From the NCBI RefSeq assembly GCF_030684315.1, contig NC_081386.1:3295914-3359913 (forward strand): a stretch of 64,000 nucleotides of DNA. The letters run 5' to 3'. A program made the position numbers and the translations under genes. The DNA comes from Stegostoma tigrinum (Eukaryota). This document shows positions 25,371 through 35,904 of this stretch, piece by piece (the first letter of the stretch is position 1; every line of letters begins with the position of its first letter). The notes under the pieces are model-generated. The model saw only the letters and a list, made by a program, of their open reading frames with translations, did no database searches and was not told where the DNA came from.

Positions 25371-25784
25371 TCTTTAGGAAAAAAAAAAGTAAAAGTGAGA
25401 GAACGAAGATTTAAAATGATTTGCAAAAAACAAAACCTTTGCACACAACTTTGAGACTGGGATACCTGCTGAATTTTTGCTGTACTGCGATGTTAGTAGT
25501 ATATCTTCCTTTAAATACGTATTCCAGTGTGATCTCACCAAGACTGTTTACAGTTATAACAAAACTCATAGTCCCCCTGCAACAAAGGTCAACAAACCAT
25601 TTGCCTTTCCAATTGCTTGCTGTATCTGAACCCTGCAGTTGTTTGGGATACCAAGTCTCTGGATACTGATATCTATACATAGTATCAGAGATAATGGGAA
25701 CTGCAGATGCTGGAGAATTCCAAGATAATAAAATGTGAGGCTGGATGAACACAGCAGGCCAAGCAGCATCTCAGGAGCACAAAA

Positions 25785-25819
25785 GCTGACGTTTCGGGCC
25801 TGGACCCTTCATCAGAGAG
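25785..25819 (-). ncRNA. Minimal hammerhead ribozyme motif (intact core)
   Basis: Minus strand: ctct CTGATGA a gggt ccag gccc GAAAC GTC agc. Confidence 0.7.
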
Positions 25820-26370
25820 GGGGATGGGGAGAGGGAACTGGAATAAATAGGGAGAGAGGGGGAGGCGGACCGAAGATGGAGAGTAAAGAAGATAGGTGGA
25901 GAGAGTATAGGTAGGTAGAGGGGATAGGTCAGTCCAGGGAAGACTGACAGATCAAGGAGGTGGGATGAGGTTAGTAGGTAGATGGGGGTGTGGCTTGGGG
26001 TGGGAGGAAGGGATGGGTGAGAGGAAGAACCGGTTAGGGAGGCAGAGACAGGTTGGACTGGTATTGGGATGCAGTGGGTGGGGGGGAAGAGCTGGGCTGG
26101 TTGTGTGGTGCAGTGGGGGAAGGGGACGAACTGGGCTGGTTTAGGGATGCAGTAGGGGAAGGGGAGATTTTGAAACTAGTGAAGTCCACATTGATACCAT
26201 TAGGCTGCAGGGTTCCCAGGCGGAATATGAGTTGCTGTTCCTGCATAAGACAAGTTGCTGCCCCTCCCTTCCTCCCCACCTATACTCTCTCCACCTATCT
26301 TCTTTTCTCTCCGTCTTCGGTCCGCCTCCCCCTCTCTCCCTATTTATTCCAGTTCCCTCTCCCCATCCCC

Positions 26371-26405
26371 CTCTCTGATGAAGGGTCCAGGCCCGAAACG
26401 TCAGC
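26371..26405 (+). ncRNA. Minimal hammerhead ribozyme motif (intact core), sense to ZFAND6 pre-mRNA
   Basis: CTGATGA at 26375-26381; stem II gggt/gccc; GAAAC at 26395-26399; GTC triplet at 26400-26402; palindromic ACGT helix III. Confidence 0.7.
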
Positions 26406-27084
26406 TTTTGTGCTCCTGAGATGCTGCTTGGCCTGCTGTGTTCATCCAGCCTCACATTTTATTATCTTGATATCTATACATGTCTATTCTCAGATCAAAG
26501 TGAATACTTCACACTTTCCCACATGATAACTCAAAATGCCTACCTATATAACTTTTGTGTGTATATCTTCGCAGTCCCTCTGGGTCATCCCTAAAGCTTC
26601 CGGCTAGATCTGTTTATAAGCAACTTGATTACATTACTCTCTCTTCACCTTCATTAGTATACCTCATAAATAAGGGGCCCAAGTACAGATTCTTATGGCA
26701 CTCCACCGATCACAGCCTGCCAACTTGAAAATGTTCTGTTTATCCCTGCTGTTTACTTCCAGTGTCCTCTATCCATGCTAATATTATGCCTAACTCCATG
26801 AAGCATTACCTTACCTATTAAACTTGTGTTTTATCTTTCATTGATTTTGTTTTTCCTTTGAAATCTGGGCATACTACATCAGCTAGTTCCCTGTTTCAAC
26901 CCTGGTAATTCCATCAAAAAACTCTCTCAATTTGTCAAAACAAGGAAACTTTTTGCAAAACCACTTTGAATTGTTCTCACGATTAGAACTTGGTGCACGT
27001 CTAACTGCAAACTTTTGAACCCAGCTAATAATCATACCAGGCAAGTTGGAGCCCAGAGTGCAAACAGCCTCATTGACCATGACC

Positions 27085-27610
27085 ACAAACAAGTTGCTAG
27101 AAAAGCTCAGCAGATCTGGCAGTATCTGTGAAGAAAGATCAGAGTTAACATTTAGGGTCCAGTGACCCTTCCTCAGAACTGATGGTAGCTTGGAACATGT
27201 TGGTTTATATTGCAGAAGATAGGGTGAGGGAGGGGGTAAAGATTAAATCGTGGGTGAGGATAGAGCCCAAAGAGAGAGAACAGTTGGACAGACAAACTAG
27301 TTGATGATTTGGCTAGGAGGGTGAATAGTTGTTAACCACAGATTCCATTAACAATAGGTAGTGTGTAGTGACAGGCTATGCGATAACAAAGCCAGGTGTC
27401 TGAGGTAGAAGTCTAGGACATGAGTGTTCCGGCCCTAAAGTTATGGAACTCTATTGAGTCCAGAGGGCTACAGGGTCCCAAGTGGAAAATGAGGTGTTAT
27501 TCTAGCTTACATTGACCTTCACTGGAACACCTGCAGCAAGCTTGAGACAAATGTTGGCCAGGGAAACAGGGTGGTGTGTTGAAGTGCCAGGCAGCTGAAA
27601 GCTCGGTTTT
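27085..27610 (-). mobile_element. PLE family-3 3' fragment
   Basis: Terminus gctagaaaagctcagcagatctggcag...gacccttcctcagaactg, plus a degenerate GIY-YIG C-terminus (HLIFHLGTL..SGLN). Confidence 0.75.
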
Positions 27611-28305
27611 TTTTTAAATGGGCAGAACATAGATGTTTTAGATCTGGTGACTTTTCCTCAGAATTCAGCAAATTTCCTCCTCATCTTCTCTCTTTCTGGA
27701 ATACAACATTACTTCACTGTCTCTGCTATACCTTCACACTCCATAATGATTTCTCCTGTCCTGTTTCAAATGTTTCTTTTTATGTAATACTTTTTTAAAT
27801 AAAATTGAGTTTATGGTTGGTTTACTGTTTTCTCCCATTTTTAACCTTTTTAGTGATCCTTTGATTTTTTTTTTAAACACGCCTAATCCTCAGACCACTA
27901 TTTTCCTTTGTAATATTGCAATCAACATTGGTTCTGCATCTGCCACCATTGGTCTTGTGGTGCAGTGGTCCAGCTGCTCACTTTGCCTTTGAGCTATGCC
28001 AAAACAGAATTATAGGGAGTTCAACCTTATTTTCAGGCAGTGTCATGTGTGTTGATGAGTGCTGAACTCATCACAGCATTTGTGGAGGTACTGGATAAAT
28101 GGATGTGAGAAAACAATATGAATGAAAAAGCAAAAAAAAAAGGGGCCGTGTAAAAATATCCCCTGGGTTCTTGAAGAACGCGTAGAATGTTCTTTGCACT
28201 TGTAAACTGTGTGTAGGCTAAACGGAATGGTCATGTTTTTAAATACCTGCTTTCTAAACTTTAAATTTTACTTGTTTGGAATTTAAATTCTGCTTTCTTT
28301 TGCAG

Positions 28306-28415
28306 ATCAGTGTCCAATCAGCTGCTGCTACTATCCCGTGAATCGGTAACGAGTCCCCAAAGTGATGGGGACCACACAGAAGATAACCAAGCAATGACTA
28401 AAAAAGAGTTGCAGG
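28306..28415 (+). CDS. ZFAND6: ZFAND6 coding exon 3 (linker)
   Basis: tttcttttgcag acceptor. Reads RSVSNQLLLLSRESVTSPQSDGDHTEDNQAMTKKELQ (compare human PVSNQSLLSESVASSQ). Donor G|gtaac; phases 2 to 1. Confidence 0.92.
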
Positions 28416-28805
28416 GTAACTTTTTTATTTTCAGATATCGTTTTCAGTGCCATCTGATTGAAAATTTAACTTTAAATCTGCTTGAACACAAAACATTACA
28501 ACATGCAAATTAAGTACTTTAAAAGTAAACATGTACGATCAGCATTCCAGGAGAAATGATTTGATTGAAGATATCTCTAGATAGGGAGAATAAGTAGGTG
28601 GCTAATGTGTCTGAATTGTTCCTTTGCATCAAGTGCATGGAGCATTTGCGATGTGATTGAGATTTTATCCAATTTAAAACACAGTCTTCACCTCTAATTT
28701 GAAATTTGTTCTGAGCTCCTAATTTATTAAAAAAATCCGTGGTCTCTGTGACTTTGTTACCCTCCTTTTTCTTTCTCCTCTTGCCTTTTCTGCCCTTTTC
28801 TTCTC

Positions 28806-28872
28806 TCCCTCCCTCCCTCCCTCCCTCCCTCCCTCCCCCCCCCCCCCCGCCCCCCCCCCCCCCTCCCGCCCC
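28806..28872 (+). repeat. (CCCT)n plus poly-C tract
   Basis: Direct read. The opposite strand is G-quadruplex-prone. Confidence 0.9.
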
Positions 28873-29389
28873 ACTACTCCTTACTCAATCTCTATACCCT
28901 GTCCTGATGTCCATGTAGTATATGTATCAAGTGCTTCTGTTTTTGTTGGCTTGTTACAACCACTGCACTATTATAGTTGGCCTTGCCATCCCCATGTAGC
29001 AGAGGAAAATCAGTTCAGTTCTGGCATAATGTTGTTTTACACCTGTGGAAATAAGTCCCCTGTGGACATGTGATGAGACGGCTGGATGAATCCGGTATGG
29101 CTGTGATGCCCTTTATGGTTCCAATGCCTGCTGAACCAGCCTCGTGCAAAATAATGTTTGGGTAAGTTGAAGAGCTGGCATCTACAGGAGGGAAATAAAA
29201 TGGAACCAGAAGTATTTGGTAAGTTTTAAGTAAACTCTGAAATTTGACCAAATAGAATTAAGAGTTTACAGCCTTGTTTGGAAATGATAGCAAAGTACCA
29301 TATTTATAAAAAGAAAACTCCAGGTTAAAATAGTGGAATGGAGTTGGAGAAAAGGCTTGAAATTTCAACTGATCTGATTCTTGTGGCAG

Positions 29390-29617
29390 ATTTGGGTGGG
29401 AATCAACAGTTAGAGCGAACAACGCTGGACAGTTGTGACAGATCATTAGTGGGGAATAATGGCGAAGACTGTTCAGATTACTCCAGCTCATCCAAGAACA
29501 CAGACACAGGGTACAGCTATGATGCTAGCACAGAGAGTGAGGCAGATGACTGCATACCGCTGGAGGAGGTTTCACGGAGGACTAAGAGAAAAATAGAGGA
29601 GGCATACACAGACCTAG
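29390..29617 (+). CDS. ZFAND6: Candidate symmetric (phase 1-1) cassette exon of ZFAND6, 76 aa
   Basis: Acceptor ctgatctgattcttgtggcag| and donor CTAG|gtaaaa. 228 nt, stop-free in exactly the frame needed between the flanking exons: DLGGNQQLERTTLDSCDRSLVGNNGEDCSDYSSSSKNTDTGYSYDASTESEADDCIPLEEVSRRTKRKIEEAYTDL. Confidence 0.65.
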
Positions 29618-29739
29618 GTAAAACTTTCTTTTTAGGATATATACTATGCACAGATAATACTGTAGCAGTTCTCCCTTTCCCCTTTTTTAATACCCCATTT
29701 CACACATGTTGCATGTGATTCACGTACAGGTTTTTGGCA

Positions 29740-31560
29740 CATACAGCTTTTGGGAATAGGAGTAGGCCTTTTGGCCCTTGTGATGTACTCTGCCATTGAA
29801 TAAGATTGTGGCTGATTTGGCTGTGGTCTAAACCTCCATTCATCTGTCAGCACCCATGACCCTCAACTACTTGTCAAAAATCAACCTAACCTGGCTCCAA
29901 ATAAACTTAATGATCAACCTCCTATGCTCTGGAGAGGAGAATTTCACATTCGGAAGACTGAGTGGGGGTGGGGGGGGACCTCTAATCCCTTAAAGCAAGA
30001 CCTCTTATTCTTGAGTTATTACCTATGTTTAGTCTGCCCACAAGATTTCTTCCTGGTATCTACCAATAGAACCCCCTTAATCTTCTGTTTTGATTAAAAT
30101 CACCTCTCGTTCTCAAACTCCATTAGATATAGGTTTAAACTGTTCAATCTTTCTTCATAGGCTCTCCATCCTGAAAGTATTAACAGCCATGCCTTTAGAA
30201 GACTCTAGGATGCTGGCCATCTTGTTCTGGAGCTTGTCAGCCTTTTGCTTCAAGTTTTCCTCGTGTCTGTCCTTTGATTTATTTGGTTTTTAGTTCATGC
30301 TTCCCCATTTCCTCTTAATTTTCAATTATCCTTAGGAAATTTACCAAGTCTTCATGATAGAAAACAGAAAATTCCTGTTAAAAGCCTCTGCACTTCCATT
30401 ACCAATCACTTACTCTTTTCCTGTCTAAATACCTATTTTAAAAACTGACATTCCATTATATATTGCCAAGCAGCCTTCTCTAATACCATGCTTACTGCCT
30501 GTCTCTTTATTCTCTTTTAGTGATTCTTAAAGTATACCCAGTCCTGTGACCTACTAATGCTTTAATATTAAATTAAAAATTTGATCTACAGTTTTTGTTA
30601 ATTTATTTAGCTATGGATAATGCATGTTCTGAAAGACCATTACTTTCTCACTAGGATAATGCATTTGGATAGTAACTGCTTTCATACCCTAAAGGTCGTC
30701 ATTATTTGGTTTTAAAGCACCAGACATGGCCCTCCACTTTACTGTTCAAACTGAGCATTAAATTCTGTTGCATTGTGATTGTGTTACCAAGATGCTGCTT
30801 TAACATGAAGTAATTGATTGATCGTGTCTCATTGGCTATTTTAGAGATTTGGTAATATACAACCTGGAAACAGGCAATGTAACATGCTGTTCTGAGAAAC
30901 ACACTGAAAACTCATTCCACTTTTGCCAATCTAAATATAAGAATTACAGGTGACTGGCTGCATGATCTCTTTTACATGCCTCATTTACTTCCTGTATGCT
31001 CCTTCGTACAGTGGAAGTGTTTGGGATCTACAATTATACCCACAAATGGCATCTTAACTTTTACTATTTCCTGTCTGTAACCAGACTAAGGTCATCTGTT
31101 TAGTATTGAAGTAGTGCCATTCTTGATGTGTCAGAGTAGTTCTTTTAATTTTGTTTTAATCTTTCTGTCATTCCAATAGGTTATATATCCTTCAATATTT
31201 AAGGTTCCATTCTTGGTCACCTTTCAGCCATGCCTCTATAATGTCTGAGTCAATAATTCATCCCTTTTTGTTAAAAATGCTGCATGCGTTCAGATCCAGA
31301 GTCTTACTTTAAAAAAAACACTTTTGCAATATCTGGATTTGTCTGCTGATGCAGTCCAAATGACTGTACAATTTATCACTGGTAATCCTCACTCAGATTT
31401 CTGCTCTATTGTATTACTACTTTTTTTCCTTTTACTATATCCCCTCTCCTGTGATCTCCTCAGCCCCCACACATTTTTAATTTTAGTGACCTCTTTACCA
31501 CCCTGATTATACAATTTTGCCAAAATACTGCCCTAGCAATTGTACAACCCTCCCTTTTTG
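29740..31560 (-). mobile_element. Decayed CR1-like LINE fragments
   Basis: CR1 tail (ataggagtaggccttttggccc...) and scattered endonuclease-region remnants. Confidence 0.5.
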
Positions 31561-31669
31561 AGCCAGGTCTTCTCAGTCTTGTCTTATTTACTTTGACAAT
31601 TTGTTTGTCACTCTGGAAAAAATCCAGAAATTTGGTGTTTGATAATTAGTTCATTATTATCTGTTAAAG

Positions 31670-31786
31670 CTTCTACATCTGAAGAAATTGCAGAGACATC
31701 TTCTGACAGACAGGATAAATCTCCTGAAAAACCCAAGCAGAAGAAGAATCGTTGTTTTACCTGCCGGAAAAAAGTAGGACTTACAG
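31670..31786 (+). CDS. ZFAND6: ZFAND6 penultimate coding exon (start of AN1 finger)
   Basis: ctgttaaag acceptor. Reads ASTSEEIAETSSDRQDKSPEKPKQKKNRCFTCRKKVGLT. Donor G|gtcagt. Confidence 0.96.
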
Positions 31787-33309
31787 GTCAGTATTGCCTG
31801 CTGGACAGGATTCAGTGCATAGGACATGTATGTGTAGCTCAGTTATGAGTATCTGATTGGACATGTCTCTGTGTAGGAATGCAGAAGTGGTGGTGATTGT
31901 TCTCGTGCTGATTTTGAATTTTTCATCTGTCTAATTCACCACCTTATTAACTCACTGTTGTGCCTATTTTAACTTGGGATCAAGTCACTGCCTTGGCTAG
32001 AATTTTCATGTTTTTAAAAAGTTCTGCCATGGTGATTGTGTATTCCGTGTCTTAGCCAGTGAAGCAAGATGGGAATTTATTGCCTTGTTAATGCTACTGT
32101 TAGTGTTTGACCACGTAATGGAGTAGCCTGATGTTCTCACCCCACTAGCTGATCCTTGCATGAAACTGAGTTTCTTGAAGATTATATATTTGCTGTCAAT
32201 CCATAGCTCAGTTTATTGATGTGCTAACTCTATTGGGCACACTATATAATCTTGAAGCTATAGAATAATTTGACAAGCAAGGTGTTTGCATGGAAATAGT
32301 GCTGCACTGTATGAAATTTATTTAATTGTTATTTCTTGGCTGTTTTACTACTCTAGCATCAGAGAAGTAAGGATAACCCCAACCTGTTACCCAGCACAAG
32401 CTGAGAGAGGAGCTCATCAATTTCCTTCATAATATTGATATTGTTTATACAGCTATCCCTTCCTGCTTCCCTGTCTGTCCCCACCCTTAGACTTCTTATG
32501 AAGTTCTCTGTCTGCCCCCTCAACTCCTTTCTCCTTTCCACAATCTCCCCTTAGCACAGTGTTTCTGATGCCTGAATGTGTCTCCTTTTGTTTTCCCCTT
32601 TGTGCAGATTGTGTATCTCTCTTCCAGTCACTGGCCTACAAAACTGAGATTACCCTACAGCTGTGCACTGTCTCATCTTGCCCGTCATGGCTTCATAGTT
32701 ATCCATACAATAACTTTTTTTTTGTTCAATATTGTCTCCACCCTATCTTGATTTTTATTCTTGCATGTTCCAAGGTTCCAACAGAGCTTGGTGATTCTTG
32801 AGGAGAGATTTTACATTAATGTGGAGTGTGTACAATTCTGTATTTAACTTGTGTTGTAACTGCCCTGAGGACATTTGATTGGGAGGTTCTCTTTGAACTT
32901 CAAAGAAATTAGTAAGAGGGGAGAAAGTAAAGAAATACAAATGTGGTGTTGGATTGGGGTGGACAAGGTCAGAAATCAAATGACACCAGGTATTTGGAAA
33001 AACTGACAGTAAAGGCTGTACATGTGTTTAGACAAGGAGAATTTGCCAAAGCGAACATCCTTCCCTTAGGTGAGATATGGGGAAATAATAGTCTCATAGT
33101 TTGGAATATCAGAGGTTTTGAACAGAACGAACAGTAGAAAATGAGGAGGCAAATGAGAGAAAAACTTATACCAATCACTATTGCTGGATGGAATGTAAAG
33201 GGAGAACTAGAGGAACTGAAGGCTGTCAAACACCTCCTTCAAGAAAGGAAAACAGGAAATTTATGTAAATCACAAAGAACAGTGGTGAACGACAGCAAAT
33301 GACACTGAA

Positions 33310-35890
33310 ACTGGTGGTTTAGTGGACAGTGGAGAAGGTGACCACGAGACAAAATAAGAGATAGACAAGTAGTTAAGGAATCTCCTGTGGCCAATTCACT
33401 GGTATTTGGTAATAGGGGATGGCATTTTTACAGGAAGGTGGCTGCGAGGAGGAATATCCCAGGTAGTTGTGGGAGTTGGTAGGTTTAAAATGGATATCGG
33501 TTTCCACGTGAGATGAAGACAGAGGTCCAGGAAGGAGAGCGAGATGTCAGAGATGGTCCAGGTAAACTTAAGTTTGGGGTGGAAGGTGTTAGTGAAGTGG
33601 ATGAACTGTTCAAGCTCCTTGTGGGAACACGAGGCGGCGCCAAAACAGTCATCAGTGTAATGGAGGAAGAGATGGGGAATAGGGCCAGTGTAGCTTCGGA
33701 AGAGGGATTGTTCCACGTAACCTACGAAGAGACAGGCATAGCTTGGGCCCATGCGGGTACCCATGGCCACCCCCTTTGTCTGTAAGAAGTGGGAGAAATT
33801 AATGGAGAATTTGTTGAGGGTGAGGATGAGTTCGGCTAAGCAGATGAGGGTGTTAGTGGAGGCGGACTGGTCGGGTCTTTGGGAGAGGAAGAAGCAGAAA
33901 GTTTTTAAGCCATCGGCATGGGGAATGCAGGTGTCCAGTGTGAAAATGAGGTGTTGGGGACCAGGGGAATTGGAAGTTCTGGAGGAGGTGAAGAGCATGG
34001 GTGGTGTCACGGACATAGGTAGGGAGTCCCTGGACCAAGGAGGAGAAAATGGAATCCAGATAGGTGGAGATGAGTTTGGTGGGGCAGGAGCCACCATGAT
34101 GGTATGTTGCCTCCCTGGCGCCAAGGTCAAAGATGTCTGAATGGGTGCAGGACATTCTGGAGGGGGAAAGTGTGAGCAGCCAATGGTCGCGGTATACATT
34201 GGTACAAACGACATAGGTAAAAGATGAGATCCTGAAAGCAGAATACAGGGAGTTATGAAGAATACTAAGAAATTGGCCCTCAAAGGTAGCGATCTCAGGA
34301 TTTCTACTGGGGCCACATGCTAGTCAATAGAATTGACAGGATTTATCAGACGAATACGTGACTGAAAAGATGGTGTCAGGAGGAGGGTTTCAGATTCCTG
34401 GGAAGGTGGGGCCTGAACAAATTAGACGGGTCATACCTCAGCAGAATGCTCGCTAGAGCGTTTTGTGGACGGTTTAAACTAATATGCCAGGGGGATGGGA
34501 ACCTATGTAAGGAGGTCAGAGGGGGGAGTGAGGACAAAAACAAAAGTTAGAAAAGGGAGTAAGAAAAGAGGCAGAGGAACCAAGGACAAAATTCAAACAG
34601 GGCTACTGAGAAATGAGTGAGACAGAAGATCCTGAAAAGACAAGCTTAAAGGCTTTGTGCCTTAACGTGTGGGGCATCTGCAATAAAGTGGATGAATTAA
34701 TCATGCAGATTAATGTAAATGGGTACAACATTAATTGGGATTATAGAGACAAAGTTGCATGGTGACCAGGGATGAGAACTGAATGATCCAGGTTATTCAG
34801 TATTTAGGAAGGACAGGCAGAAAGGAAAAGATGGCAGAGTGGCTTTGCTGGTTAAAGGAAATTCTCACAATAGTGAAAAAGGATACTAGCTTTGACAATG
34901 TGGAGTCTATATGGTTGAAGTTGGTAAACACCCAGAGGCAATAAATGTTAGTAGGTGTCATTATATAGATCCCAAACTGCAGTGGTGATGTTGGGAATGG
35001 TATTAAACAGGAAATTAGAAAGCACATGGTAAGGGTATATCGGTGATCATGGGTGACTTTAATCTGCACATAGATTGGGCAAATCAAATTAGCCACAATG
35101 CAGTAGAGGAATTCCTGGAGTGTATACAAGATGGTTTTCTTGACTAATATGTGGAGAAATCAACTAGAGAACAGGCCATCTTATACTGGGTGCTGTGTAA
35201 TGAGAAGGGAACCATTAGCAGTCTAGCTATGCGAGATCCCTTGGGGTGAGAGACCATAACATTTATAGCATTTTTTTCTTTAGTCAAGATGGAGAATGAG
35301 AAATTTGACTAGGGTGCTGAATTCTAATAGAGGAAACTATGAAGATATGAGGCATGAGTTGGCCTTGATTGGGGAGAGTTACTTAAAGGGATAACAATGG
35401 GTAGGCAATTACAAATATTCAAGGAACGCATAGGGGAATTACAACAACTGTTTTATTTCTGTCTGGCACAAAAGCAAAATAGGTAAGAGGACCAGTCCAT
35501 GGCTTACCAAGGAAACTAGAGACTGTCCAATCCAAGGATTGGATTGGTGAGCCACACCTGGAATATTGTATCCAGTTTTGGTCTCCTTTCCTGGGGAAGG
35601 ATGCTCTTGCTCTTGTGGGAGTGCAGTGAAGGCTGATTCTGGGGATGGCAGGACTGACATATGAGGAGAAATTGACTGACTAGGTTAGAATTGTTTTCGC
35701 TGGAGTTCAGCCGAAATGAGGGGAGTCTCTCAGACTTATAAAATTCTAACAGGACTGGTCAGGGTAGATGCAGGAAGGATGTTCCTGATGCTGGGTGTTT
35801 CCAGAACGATGGGTCACCAGTCTGAGGATTCAGGGTAGATCATTTAGGATAGAGATAAGGAGACATTACTTCTCAAAGTAGTGAGCTTGT
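33310..35890 (+). mobile_element. Degraded CR1-type LINE with ORF1 esterase-like and APE endonuclease remnants
   Basis: VCCLPGAKVKDV...VYIGTNDIGKR (SGNH-like ORF1); LNV..I.NKVDEL; IMGDFNL; ILYWVLCN; 3' RT remnant. Interrupted by a PLE. Confidence 0.8.
33396..34100 (-). mobile_element. PLE reverse transcriptase core fragment
   Basis: QTKGVAMGTRMGPSYACLFVG...LHYTDDCFG...FIHFTNTFHPKLKFTW. Confidence 0.9.
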
Positions 35891-35904
35891 GGAATTCATT
35901 ACAT

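Larger units (their letters stand above)
25681..26467. mobile_element. Fold-back PLE with ~190-bp near-perfect inverted arms
   Basis: Arms 25721-25912 and 26278-26469 differ at 2 positions. Tail gataatgggaactgcagatgctggagaattc. TSD TGATATCTATACAT at 25667-25680 and 26468-26481. Confidence 0.92.

Noticed and set aside
29502-29530. DTGYSY in the cassette exon as a beta-TrCP phosphodegron
   Set aside because: It does not fit DSGxxS spacing, so it is not claimed.
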